A DNA stretch of 38,675 nucleotides from an archaeon. GTDB lineage: Archaea > Iainarchaeota > Iainarchaeia > Iainarchaeales > Iainarchaeaceae. Positions 24,273-33,375 of this stretch are shown here, in pieces. Within the stretch, counting starts at the first letter, position 1. Each line of letters opens with the position of its first letter. Position numbers and translations under genes: made by a program. Location of the stretch: the NCBI GenBank assembly GCA_035289485.1, contig DATDXA010000032.1, positions 1-38,675 of the forward strand, in the 5' to 3' direction. The notes under the pieces were generated by a model. The model was given only the letters and a program-made list of their open reading frames with translations. It was not told the DNA's origin and did no database searches.

Positions 24273-25733
24273 TCAGCCGCCCCATTTGTAAATTTTTATG
24301 CTGTTTGGGTTTTCTGTTTCAAAGACAAGCTCAAGATTGCCGGAATTATTTTTAATGAAATCCTCCATGTATTGCCTCTCCCAGTTTGTGTTGTTCTGCC
24401 GCTGGCTTGTATTCAAAGAACGGTTGGCGTAGCTTAGGTCCATAAAATATGTATCGCCTGCGAACCTTTCATTTAGGCGAATGCCCTTCCCTTGAAGGCC
24501 CAAATCATATTCCGGGACAATATTTAGGTATCTTGTCCTCTCAAGGCTTGGTGTAATGGAATAAATGCAGTTGTCAGAGCTTCCAATGAGCAGCGCACCC
24601 TGCGGGATATTGGACTTTATCTGGCTGAATGATTCAAATCTGGAGTCGGTAAAATTTGCGTGAAATGAGGAGGCAAAAACTGCGCCTATTGTTGCAATTA
24701 AGAGCAATGAAACAAACAAAATATTTTTCCTGACCTTGGCCATTTCGGCAATTTTTTCCAGCAATTCAGAGTAAGGAATCAAAAGCAATCCGATAAAGGG
24801 CACCAAGTAACGCAACCTTGCGGTAAAAAGGGTGTCAATTGTGAGCGGAAACGCGGTAATATCGGTGAACCTGGAAGTTAGCCAAAGATATGCAATGGAA
24901 AGCAGGATAAATTGCGGCAAATATTTTTTTTTGGATGAGAATAAAGGGGACGCGAGCAAACCCGGAATCAATACCGCAAGTATTCCAATGTAGGCCAGCA
25001 AAGTTATGGGGTTGATTTTTACAAGGGATGAAGCAATTGATAAGCCAGGGCCATAACCGGCATTTAACGGGCCCGAATATGCGATGGAATTAAACAAAAG
25101 TATGAGCAAAACAACGGGGATGAAGCCCAGAAGCATTTCGAAGAGCTTTTTCCGCTCATGCAGCAGCAACGGCAAGGCGAATGCGGCAAAACCAACCGCC
25201 GCATCATAGCGCACAAGTGCCGCAAGGCCCAAAAAAAATCCTGCCACCACATTGCCATGCATTGATTGTTTCATGTAAAAGTAGAACGCCGCTAAAAAAG
25301 TGGTGAGGACAAGGAGTTCGCTATTGAGCGTCCTGCTTGCCCATAACATTGCGGGAAAAAAAATGTAAAGCACGGAAAACCTCGCGTCAATGCCAAGTTT
25401 TTTCAGAATCAGGAAAAATAAAACCGTATTTATAATATGTATAATAAGCCCTGAGAGCATTACGGCATCGAGGCCAAAAAATGTGAATGGAATGATAAAA
25501 ATTGATTTTCCTATAAATTGCGTTCCGACATAGCCCTCGCCTGTGAAAAGATTTGACCTGCAGGCCAGTTCCGGGTCTTGCTCGCCGATAGAACCGCCGC
25601 GCAAAAGCAGCGCATTTTTGAGGAATGTGTGCTCGTCAATCGAGGTGTAAATATGCGGGAAAAAAATGAGAAAAATGGCGGCAAAAATAAGCAGGCAAAT
25701 GGCCACAAAATTGTTTTCTGACAAAAAATCCAT
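24273..25733 (-). CDS. GT-C membrane glycosyltransferase (PMT_2-like)
   Basis: DE motif after TM1 (SIDEH), SE, VRY and RYL.P motifs; many TM helices. Start ATG 25733 (GGTG upstream) or GTG 25742. Confidence 0.75.
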   Translation of the reverse strand: MDFLSENNFVAICLLIFAAIFLIFFPHIYTSIDEHTFLKNALLLRGGSIGEQDPELACRSNLFTGEGYVGTQFIGKSIFIIPFTFFGLDAVMLSGLIIHIINTVLFFLILKKLGIDARFSVLYIFFPAMLWASRTLNSELLVLTTFLAAFYFYMKQSMHGNVVAGFFLGLAALVRYDAAVGFAAFALPLLLHERKKLFEMLLGFIPVVLLILLFNSIAYSGPLNAGYGPGLSIASSLVKINPITLLAYIGILAVLIPGLLASPLFSSKKKYLPQFILLSIAYLWLTSRFTDITAFPLTIDTLFTARLRYLVPFIGLLLIPYSELLEKIAEMAKVRKNILFVSLLLIATIGAVFASSFHANFTDSRFESFSQIKSNIPQGALLIGSSDNCIYSITPSLERTRYLNIVPEYDLGLQGKGIRLNERFAGDTYFMDLSYANRSLNTSQRQNNTNWERQYMEDFIKNNSGNLELVFETENPNSIKIYKWGG

Positions 25734-25781
25734 AACAAACACCGCATGGGGAACTTGCCATATAATTGGATTTGCCCGGGC

Positions 25782-25797
25782 TTATAAAGAATTTGGT
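25782..25797 (-). promoter_or_regulatory. Putative BRE-TATA promoter
   Basis: Minus-strand ACCAAATTC-TTTATAA upstream of the GT-C gene. Confidence 0.55.
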
Positions 25798-25814
25798 ATG
25801 AAAAAAATGCCGGT

Positions 25815-26969
25815 TCAGGGAAAAAGGCCGTTATAGAGCCCGATTGTTCTTTCACAAATGCCTTTCCAGGAGTATTTTTGCCCCAGTTTTTTCGAATCAA
25901 GCGCCATGCCCTGCAGAAGGCCTTTTGTCAAAAAAATCTGGTTCAATTTTGATGCGATTTCAGTTATATTGCCAGCCTTGAAAATCATGCCCTTATTGAG
26001 AACAAGTTCTGGCAGCCCCCCGGCATCTGAGGCCAATATTGGCTTGGAAAAAGATAGTGCGGTGCTGCCAACTGCGCTCTGTGCAGAGAATTCCCTGTAA
26101 GGAAGGACGACTAAATCGGCGGCACTGAAATAAAATTTTATTTGGGAGGATGGGATGTGCTCTAATACAAGCTTCTTGTTTTCTATGCCGCCAAGATTTT
26201 TGGGCAAGGAGCGTTCATATTCGCTTTCCCAGGGTTTTCCGGCAACCAATAGGAACAAATTGCCCACAGTCTTGCGGGAAATCTTAAATGCCTCAACCAA
26301 ATCCTCAAGACCCTTGTATTTTCGGATTATGCCAAAAAACAGCACGACCTTAGCCTTTGGCGGGATGCCAAGTTTTTTCCTCGCGCCACTTTTTGAAATG
26401 CCTTTCCCATGATAGAGTCCAAAAACCCCCATCGGAATTACACTTATCCGGGATTCGTTGATATTGAAATTTTTTTGCAGCTGTGCCTTGTTTTGCCCCG
26501 AATGCACGATGAATTTGTCAGGAAGCAAAAAAATCAGCGATGAAAAAAACCTGTCGATTAATCCGGACTCGTGCCCGAGAACGTTATGAATTGTGCAGAC
26601 AATTTTCTTGCCTCGGAATTTTGAAATAAGCGCAATGGCAAAAATAGGGAAGAAAAGGTAAAAAGTCCACCATTGGAAATGGAACACATCGCCTTTGCTT
26701 TCAAGCCCTGCCTTAAGCCAACCAACTGGGTTATACCATGAGAGGACCGGTTTTACACTTAAGCCTTCCGGCAAATGCCTTGCCAAATCAAGGGTGTTTT
26801 CTTTTGCTGCGCCTCCGGGGTAGAGGAATTCTGGGTAGATTTCCTTAAAGGTTAAAAACTCCACCCCCGTTTTTTTTGCCAGGGAACTTGCAAGTTCAAA
26901 GCAGTAATCACTGATGCCTCCGCTTGTCGGCGGAAAAGGCCCCAGCATAGTAATTTTTTCTAAAGCCAC
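25815..26969 (-). CDS. Glycosyltransferase family 4
   Basis: GPFPP..GGI..Y, HNV..HE, FFG.IRKYKG, ADLVVLPY...QSA and GGLPE motifs; GTG start with GCAAAAATC-AATTAAATA about 24 nt upstream. Confidence 0.9.
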   Translation of the reverse strand: MALEKITMLGPFPPTSGGISDYCFELASSLAKKTGVEFLTFKEIYPEFLYPGGAAKENTLDLARHLPEGLSVKPVLSWYNPVGWLKAGLESKGDVFHFQWWTFYLFFPIFAIALISKFRGKKIVCTIHNVLGHESGLIDRFFSSLIFLLPDKFIVHSGQNKAQLQKNFNINESRISVIPMGVFGLYHGKGISKSGARKKLGIPPKAKVVLFFGIIRKYKGLEDLVEAFKISRKTVGNLFLLVAGKPWESEYERSLPKNLGGIENKKLVLEHIPSSQIKFYFSAADLVVLPYREFSAQSAVGSTALSFSKPILASDAGGLPELVLNKGMIFKAGNITEIASKLNQIFLTKGLLQGMALDSKKLGQKYSWKGICERTIGLYNGLFP

Positions 26970-27053
26970 AGGTTAATTGTATGGGAAAACCTTATTTAAT
27001 TGATTTTTGCAATGCCAAATTGTGTTGGCAAAAATAAAAAAGTAAACCCGAAT

Positions 27054-27989
27054 TCATGCCTTGGATGCCTTTATCTGCACAACTTCCCCTCTCCGCATTG
27101 CGGCAAATAGGCAGCCTAGGGCTGCAAAGATTGGGAAAAGAAGCGGCACGGACAAAATAATTACCGCAAACTGGATGAAATATTTTGCATCTTTTCTCAG
27201 AGGTTTCTTCTTCAGCATACTGTAAAGAAGATTGAATTCAAAACCCAGGAAATTGTAAAATGACTGCATCAGGCCAAAAGGAGCGTATTCGAATGAAAAC
27301 TGTGAAATTTCCTTTACTTTAAAGCCGTTTTTCCCAAGCAGCAATGAGAGGCTTGCAGGGGAAAAATGGTAAATGTGCCTTGGCACATCAAGGTGAAACC
27401 AGTTGCCTGAAAAAACGGCAAATCCTGCGCTTTCAATGTTTGGAACGGATATGAATAGAACGCCGTCTTTCTTGAGCAGCCTGGCAGAATAACGTATGAT
27501 ATCCGTTGGGTCCTGCACATGCTCAAGCACTTGCCAAAACGTAATAAGGTCGAATGAAGATGCCTTGAAGCCGGCCTTTTTCAGGTCGCAGTATTTTATT
27601 TCAATGCCCTTAGAGGCGAGCCTGCGTGTGAATTCTTTGGATGATTCGGAAACTTCCGTTCCATGGCAATTCCAGCCAAGGCTTTTCATGCCTTCTAAAA
27701 ATGTTCCGGCGCCGCATCCCACATCAAGAACACGCCCCGGCCTTTCACGGCTGAAAAGATTTTTCCTCAGGTCGCTTATCATGCTGAAAATCATGGAAGG
27801 CTTCTGGTAATATTGCCCGGAGTAATACTTTTCCATCATTTTGGCGCTTGGGATTGGGCTGATAAAAATTATTCCGCATTGCGCGCATTTATGCAGCTGC
27901 ACTTCCCTGTCGCGGAATTCAAAATCGCGGACTTTCATGAAAAATCCGGCATCATGCGCGCTGCAGATGTGGCATTTCAAGTCGGGCAC
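27054..27989 (-). CDS. Class I SAM-dependent methyltransferase with N-terminal Zn ribbon
   Basis: CHIC...CAQC, VLDVGCGAG, VLEHV.DP, SVPN and PRHIYHFS motifs. Confidence 0.9.
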   Translation of the reverse strand: MPDLKCHICSAHDAGFFMKVRDFEFRDREVQLHKCAQCGIIFISPIPSAKMMEKYYSGQYYQKPSMIFSMISDLRKNLFSRERPGRVLDVGCGAGTFLEGMKSLGWNCHGTEVSESSKEFTRRLASKGIEIKYCDLKKAGFKASSFDLITFWQVLEHVQDPTDIIRYSARLLKKDGVLFISVPNIESAGFAVFSGNWFHLDVPRHIYHFSPASLSLLLGKNGFKVKEISQFSFEYAPFGLMQSFYNFLGFEFNLLYSMLKKKPLRKDAKYFIQFAVIILSVPLLFPIFAALGCLFAAMRRGEVVQIKASKA

Positions 27990-27993
27990 CGGC

Positions 27994-28923
27994 CTATGAC
28001 CTCAGAAGTATTCCAATCATCTGGAACCCGTTTATGAGGCCTTTGACAACATCCTGGCCAACGCCTTTGCTTTGGCCTATCCTTTTGCGGAAAGCTATTG
28101 GGCATTCTATGACCTTTAGGCCCTCTTCGAGCGCCACCATTATCATATGCGGAGAAAAATGGTTTCCGGTTACTTTGAGTTTCCCGATTATCTTTGCAAG
28201 GGCCTGCGGCCTTATTAGCCTATAAGTGCACCCAACGTCAGTTAGGCGGAGCTGGCCCCAGTAGCGCATCTGTATAAGCTTTGCAATGAAGACATTTCCG
28301 AGCTTGATAAACGGGGTGACCTGTGAGTCTGAAGACACTATTTCCAGCGTGGTGCGTGTGCCAACAACCATGTCAACATTCTCAATGTACGCAAGAAGCT
28401 TTTTGAGGTCTGATGCAAAATAGGTCATGTCGCCTTCCACAAGGCAGACAAGATTGCCTGACTTGCTGCACTCCTTGAGCGCGCGGATGCATGAAGCGCC
28501 ATATCCCTGCACTTTTTCCGGAACAACCCTTGCACCGGCCTTTTTTGCAACCTCGGCGGTCGCATCAGTGCAATTGTTGTCAACCACTATGATTTCGGAA
28601 ACTTCTTTGAGGGCTGTGAATTCAGAAACGGCTTTGCCAATCGAAAGCTCATCGTTGTAGGCGGTCATGCCAACACTTACTTTGGGTTTTTCGACAACAT
28701 TTACCATTACAGACCGCCTCTTTGGGGAAAGTGAGGAATATGCAAATCCGGCCAGGGCACCTGCAATTGAGATTAGCAGAACTGCATTGGCGAACTCAAA
28801 GAGGAAAAAAACGGGCGAGACTGTGCCAAAAAATTTTCCATAAAGCCAGCCAAGGGTGGATATGAAATAAATAGATGCCCCAAAAAGGAAAATGAGAAAA
28901 GAGAAAACCAGAAGACGCCCCAT
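27994..28923 (-). CDS. GT2, polyprenol/dolichol-phosphate-sugar synthase-like (DPM1-like), two N-terminal TM helices
   Basis: AYNDE, VVDNNCTD.T, QGYG, EGD.TY, DMVVG.R, TDVGC.YR and E.PI..R.R.G.SK motifs. Start ATG 28923 or TTG 28929. Confidence 0.85.
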   Translation of the reverse strand: MGRLLVFSFLIFLFGASIYFISTLGWLYGKFFGTVSPVFFLFEFANAVLLISIAGALAGFAYSSLSPKRRSVMVNVVEKPKVSVGMTAYNDELSIGKAVSEFTALKEVSEIIVVDNNCTDATAEVAKKAGARVVPEKVQGYGASCIRALKECSKSGNLVCLVEGDMTYFASDLKKLLAYIENVDMVVGTRTTLEIVSSDSQVTPFIKLGNVFIAKLIQMRYWGQLRLTDVGCTYRLIRPQALAKIIGKLKVTGNHFSPHMIMVALEEGLKVIECPIAFRKRIGQSKGVGQDVVKGLINGFQMIGILLRS

Positions 28924-29067
28924 TAGCAATACCTACTTAAGTCAATATAGTTAAGTTTAAAAAAATGGCTGGATACACTAGGCTCAAGCGGGGGGCATTT
29001 TTTTATGCTTATAGCCACAGATTAATTTAAGGCAGGCATCTGCATCCCAATTAAGGACACCTTTGTT

Positions 29068-30327
29068 ATGATGTTTTCCAAAGTCGAAAAATGCAGGATT
29101 TGCGGCTCTTCGGAGCTCACAAAATACCTTGACCTTGGGATAATGCCTCTTGCCAACTCGTATGTTGACCCCAAGTCAAATGAAAAGGAGAATGCTTTCC
29201 CGCTTGAGGTCGTGCTTTGCTCAAATTGCTCGCTTTCCATGCTTAGCATAATTGTCAGTCCCGAAGCAATGTTTTCCAATTATGTCTACCACTCCTCAAT
29301 TTCAAGGACGTTTCAGAATCACTGCCTTGAAATGGCAATCGGGGTCAAAGAGCGCCTTGGCGGAAAAGACGGCCTTTTTGTGCTAGACATCGCAAGCAAT
29401 GATGGCTGCCTTCTGCGGGAGTTCAGGAAAAAAGGATTTAAAGTGCTCGGAGTTGACCCGGCAAAGAACCTCGCGGAAAAGGCCAATAAGGAAGGAATTG
29501 CAACAATTCCGGAGTTCTGGCAGGAAAGCGTAGCGCTTGAAATCATCAAGAAGCATGGCAAAGCGGATGCAATCACCGCAACCAACGTATTCGCGCATGT
29601 CGATGATGTGCACGGTTTTTTGGGGAATGTGTTGCTTGCGCTTTCTGATGAGGGCGTCCTGATTATTGAGGCGCCATATGCCCTCAACCTGATAAAACAC
29701 TCCGAATTTGACACCATCTACCATGAGCATCTTTCATATTTTCTTGTAAAGCCCCTGAAAATGCTCTTTGAAATGAATGGCATGGAATTGCGGGATGTTG
29801 AAGAGTACAACATACACGGCGGGAGCATAAGGCTTTTTGCCACAAAAAAAGGCAACACCTCTTTTGCAGCAAATCCCGAAAATATAAAGGCATTCCTAGA
29901 GCTTGAGAGCCGGGAAAAACTTTATTCCGCGGGGGCGTATTTTGAATTTGCAAGCAAGCTGCTTGACATAAAAATTGAGCTCCTGAGCCTTCTTTCAAGG
30001 CTGCACAAGGAAGGAAAAATGGTGGCCGGATATGGCGCTTCGGCAAAGGGGAACACGATGCTGAATTACTGCGGAATCAGCTCGGATTTTGTTGAGTTCA
30101 TAGTTGATGAGACCCCTGAAAAGCAGAATATGCTCTATGCGGGAAATCACATCCCGATTTACCCGGCGAGCGAGCTTGAAAAAAGAAAACCGGAGTATAT
30201 ACTCATTCTTGCATGGAATTTTGCCAAGGAAATAATTGAAAAGACGGCAAAACATCAGGAGCGCTCTGGCAAGTACATTGTCCCGATACCAAAAATGAGG
30301 GTATTGTCAGGGGCTGAGGAATTATGA
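29068..30327 (+). CDS. NDP-sugar C-methyltransferase (second paralog)
   Basis: CRIC...CSNC, LG..PLAN, DIASNDG, NVFAH, FDTIYHEH, IHGGSIR, GYGASAKGNT.LNY and LAWN motifs. Confidence 0.93.
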   Translation: MMFSKVEKCRICGSSELTKYLDLGIMPLANSYVDPKSNEKENAFPLEVVLCSNCSLSMLSIIVSPEAMFSNYVYHSSISRTFQNHCLEMAIGVKERLGGKDGLFVLDIASNDGCLLREFRKKGFKVLGVDPAKNLAEKANKEGIATIPEFWQESVALEIIKKHGKADAITATNVFAHVDDVHGFLGNVLLALSDEGVLIIEAPYALNLIKHSEFDTIYHEHLSYFLVKPLKMLFEMNGMELRDVEEYNIHGGSIRLFATKKGNTSFAANPENIKAFLELESREKLYSAGAYFEFASKLLDIKIELLSLLSRLHKEGKMVAGYGASAKGNTMLNYCGISSDFVEFIVDETPEKQNMLYAGNHIPIYPASELEKRKPEYILILAWNFAKEIIEKTAKHQERSGKYIVPIPKMRVLSGAEEL

Positions 30328-31190
30328 GCAAAATATTGGTTGTGGGGGCAAGCGGATTCATAGGTTTTCCCCTCTATAATCTTCTCAGGAAAAAAAATGA
30401 GGTGACAGGGACTTATACTTCAAACCAAAAAAAAGGGCTGGCCAAGCTTGATATTACAAAAAAAAATGAAGTCCGGAATTTTCTAAGGGCGGATGATCCG
30501 GAAATAGTGATTCATCTTGCGGCTGAAACAGACGTTGATTTGTGCGAGAGGGAAAAAGGGCACGCATACGGCGTGAACACCCTTGGAGCCAAAAATATTG
30601 CCAAAGCCTGTGAAGAAAGGAGGCTCATTTATTTTTCAACGGATTTTGTTTTTGACGGGGAAAAGGGGAATTATGGCGAGGCTGACAAGGCGAGCCCGAT
30701 AAATTATTATGGGAAGACAAAGCTTGATGGCGAAACATATGCCAAGAAGGTAAAAAATCATCTTGTGGTCAGGACATCGACCCCTTATAGTTTTGCGCAG
30801 CGGTCAAAAAAATTCATGAATTATGCCTATGAGAAACTCAAAAATGGGGAACGCATCAGGGCTTTTGGCGATCTTGTGAGATCCCCGACCCTAATCGAAA
30901 ACCTCAATGAGAATGTTGCCCTTCTGCTCAAAAAAAATGAATCCGGGATATTGCATTTGTCCGGGTCTGAGCAATTGTCAATGTACGAGGCGGCTAAAGA
31001 AATTGCCGAAGTATTTGGCTTTGACAAGGATCTCATTGAGGAAACTGACAGCAAAAATTCAAAATTGGATGCAAAAAGGCCGCTGAATACCGGCCTTGAT
31101 ATAACACTTGCGAAACAAATGGGCCTTAAGATGTCGGGGTTTAGGGAAGGGCTTTTATGGAACAAGAAAATTTTTGAACAGGGGCACTGA
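30324..31190 (+). CDS. rmlD: dTDP-4-dehydrorhamnose reductase-like SDR
   Basis: GASGFIG, HLAA.TDVD.CE, STDFVFDG, P.NYYGKTK..GE, D..RSPT and AKRP motifs; ATGA overlap with the C-methyltransferase. Confidence 0.9.
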   Translation: MSKILVVGASGFIGFPLYNLLRKKNEVTGTYTSNQKKGLAKLDITKKNEVRNFLRADDPEIVIHLAAETDVDLCEREKGHAYGVNTLGAKNIAKACEERRLIYFSTDFVFDGEKGNYGEADKASPINYYGKTKLDGETYAKKVKNHLVVRTSTPYSFAQRSKKFMNYAYEKLKNGERIRAFGDLVRSPTLIENLNENVALLLKKNESGILHLSGSEQLSMYEAAKEIAEVFGFDKDLIEETDSKNSKLDAKRPLNTGLDITLAKQMGLKMSGFREGLLWNKKIFEQGH

Positions 31191-31192
31191 AT

Positions 31193-31657
31193 TCACTTTT
31201 CGGATTCCCAGTTGAAGCCGATGCGCTTGTCGTCAAAATCCATGCGCCATTCATCCGGTTTTTTGCGGTTATATTCCCTGTCCATGATGTATAGCATTAG
31301 CATCGGGCCTTTCCCGAGCGCTTTGTAACCATGTGCCACCTTTTTGGGTATTACAATCAGCTTCGGATCCGTCTCGTCCATGACAAAGGACATTGTAAGG
31401 CCGGCTGTGGCGGAGTTTTTCCTAAGGTCATAGAGCACAACAAGTGCCCTGCCCGAAACCAGGTGCCAAATGTCGAACTGGCTGTTGTGCCAGTGAAATG
31501 CCTTTATTATTCCGGGATTTGTGAGAGAGAGTGATACTTGGCGCGCTGAAACGTTTATTGCACTTTTCTTGTAAACTTCCCTGAAAAATCCGCGCTCATC
31601 ATCATGGCTTTTGATGCCGATTATCTGCACGCCTTCAATGGTTTTGGGCATTGGCAT
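31193..31657 (-). CDS. rmlC: dTDP-4-dehydrorhamnose 3,5-epimerase family (cupin)
   Basis: DERGFFRE, Q.S.S...PG.IKAFH.H, YDLR..S.T and IP..VAHGY motifs. Confidence 0.9.
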   Translation of the reverse strand: MPMPKTIEGVQIIGIKSHDDERGFFREVYKKSAINVSARQVSLSLTNPGIIKAFHWHNSQFDIWHLVSGRALVVLYDLRKNSATAGLTMSFVMDETDPKLIVIPKKVAHGYKALGKGPMLMLYIMDREYNRKKPDEWRMDFDDKRIGFNWESEK

Positions 31658-31699
31658 AACCAGATGAGGGCACTTTAGATAATTTAAAATGATTCCCGC

Positions 31700-31716
31700 G
31701 CCAAAACTGTTATTAA
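31700..31716 (+). promoter_or_regulatory. Putative BRE-TATA promoter in the divergent rmlC / UPF0104 spacer
   Basis: GCCAAAACTG-TTATTAA about 30 nt before the start; minus-strand TTTTAAAT near 31682-31689, about 25 nt before the rmlC ATG. Confidence 0.45.
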
Positions 31717-31745
31717 GCCTTTAATCCCATTTCTTTGAGTGGCTT

Positions 31746-32717
31746 TTGGTGGACCGTGTTTTTCTTTTTAAGGCGGCTGTCAGTGCGGCCATCATTCTTA
31801 TTGTAGTCCAATTTATAGACTTGCAAAAAACTCTCCAAATAATATTGGGCTCAAGGCTGGAATTCCTCCTTCTTTCTGCCATTCTTTTTGCGGCACAGAT
31901 AGCAATAAGCGCATACAAAGTATGGATTTTGGTTAAATTCAAGGAAAAAAAAATAGGCTTTAGGCGCATGCTTTATTACTATTGCGTGGGGTGGGCGGCC
32001 GGCCTTGTATCGGTCGGAAAGATAGGGGAATTCTCCGCCTCATACTTTTTGAAAAAAGACGGCATGCCATACAGCAGGTCGCTTGCAATAATATTGGTCG
32101 ACAAAATAACTACCCTGCTCGCGTTCACGGCCATTGCAATAGCTGGAACATTCTTGTTCTTTGGCCTTTCAAATGTTCCGCTGGCCGCATTCTCGGCCAT
32201 TCTTTTAGCGGGGCTCGCGGCCTTTGCCGTGATTCTTGTGAAAGTCAATCCCTCCGAACTGCCTTTTGTGAAAGCGATTCCTAAACTGAATGATTTTGCC
32301 TCAAAGCACAGCAATAATTTCAATATATTCCGTGAAACTTTCATTGATTTCTTTTCTTCCGGAAAAAAGCTGCTGGCAGAAAACATGGCCCTTACTATCG
32401 TTAGGGTTGGCATAATGGCCCTTAATTCTATATTCCTGTTTATGGCAATCAACAGCAACATAGACTTTTTTTTTATGGTGTTCATAATAGCCGTGACGGC
32501 AATCATCGCGCTCATGCCGATAACAATTTCAGGCCTTGGGATTGTTGAGATAAGCTTCATATACCTCGCATCACTTGTGGGGATTGGCGCTGAAACCGCG
32601 CTTGCGACACAGGCGCTGACACTTGCGATAAATTATTTTGCAGGAGTTTTGATTGCATTTATATGGGTTGGGAAAATCGACAGGCAGGAGATTAAGCCGG
32701 ATTTTTACAAATCATGA
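31746..32717 (+). CDS. UPF0104 / lysylphosphatidylglycerol-synthase-TM family flippase-like membrane protein (AglD2/HpnL-like)
   Basis: About 8 TM helices; G..GE, DK and PITISGLG..E signature. Confidence 0.85.
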   Translation: MVDRVFLFKAAVSAAIILIVVQFIDLQKTLQIILGSRLEFLLLSAILFAAQIAISAYKVWILVKFKEKKIGFRRMLYYYCVGWAAGLVSVGKIGEFSASYFLKKDGMPYSRSLAIILVDKITTLLAFTAIAIAGTFLFFGLSNVPLAAFSAILLAGLAAFAVILVKVNPSELPFVKAIPKLNDFASKHSNNFNIFRETFIDFFSSGKKLLAENMALTIVRVGIMALNSIFLFMAINSNIDFFFMVFIIAVTAIIALMPITISGLGIVEISFIYLASLVGIGAETALATQALTLAINYFAGVLIAFIWVGKIDRQEIKPDFYKS

Positions 32718-33369
32718 CAATGGCATCTTTTCTAAGGCCCGCCTTCGCGTCAAATTCCACAACGCCCCTATAGAAAGGGAGCGCCCTTAATGCCCTGAGA
32801 AGCCATTTTGGAAACCTGAATTTGTCCGAGAGGAATTTTGCAAATGTCGTGAGCGTGCCGCCGGCATATATTGTTTTTTCAACTACAAAGCCGCAATCGA
32901 AGATTTTTTTCCGGAGCTCATCCTCGCTGTACCTGTGCACCGACGCCTTGATGTAGCGCATCTTGGAAATCGGGGTGCCTAGAATGAGCCTGCCTCCGGG
33001 CATTAACAGGGAGCGGATTTTTCGCAACGCGCCCGTGTCATCCTGAATCTGGTCAAGAACGTTCACAATAAGGGCTGAATTGAATTTTCTATCTGTGCTA
33101 AACCCTATTATATCCGCGGCATGGAATTGGGCCTTTCCTGAATACTTGTCAAGGCAATAGTCAATTGCAGGCTTTGAAATATCAATTGCAGTGACCCTGT
33201 TTTTCGATTCAATCAGGATGCTTGTAAAATAGCCATAACCGCACCCGACTTCGAGCACATCCTCATTGCGCGGGAGGTATTGTTTTATGACTGAAGTGCT
33301 TTCAATGACCCCGGTTGCAAGTTCGGAGTCTGACCTTCGATTTTCATCATTAACTGCGACATCTGCCAT
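32692..33369 (-). CDS. Class I SAM-dependent methyltransferase
   Basis: VLEVGCGYG, AIDIS, NVLDQI.DD, L.PGG.L...P. The 3' end overlaps the convergent gene by 26 bp. Confidence 0.88.
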   Translation of the reverse strand: MADVAVNDENRRSDSELATGVIESTSVIKQYLPRNEDVLEVGCGYGYFTSILIESKNRVTAIDISKPAIDYCLDKYSGKAQFHAADIIGFSTDRKFNSALIVNVLDQIQDDTGALRKIRSLLMPGGRLILGTPISKMRYIKASVHRYSEDELRKKIFDCGFVVEKTIYAGGTLTTFAKFLSDKFRFPKWLLRALRALPFYRGVVEFDAKAGLRKDAIVMICKNPA

Positions 33370-33375
33370 AATGGT

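Noticed and set aside
31188..31195. Palindrome TGAATTCA holding both convergent stop codons of rmlD and rmlC
   Set aside because: Only 8 bp, and largely forced by two opposed TGA codons.
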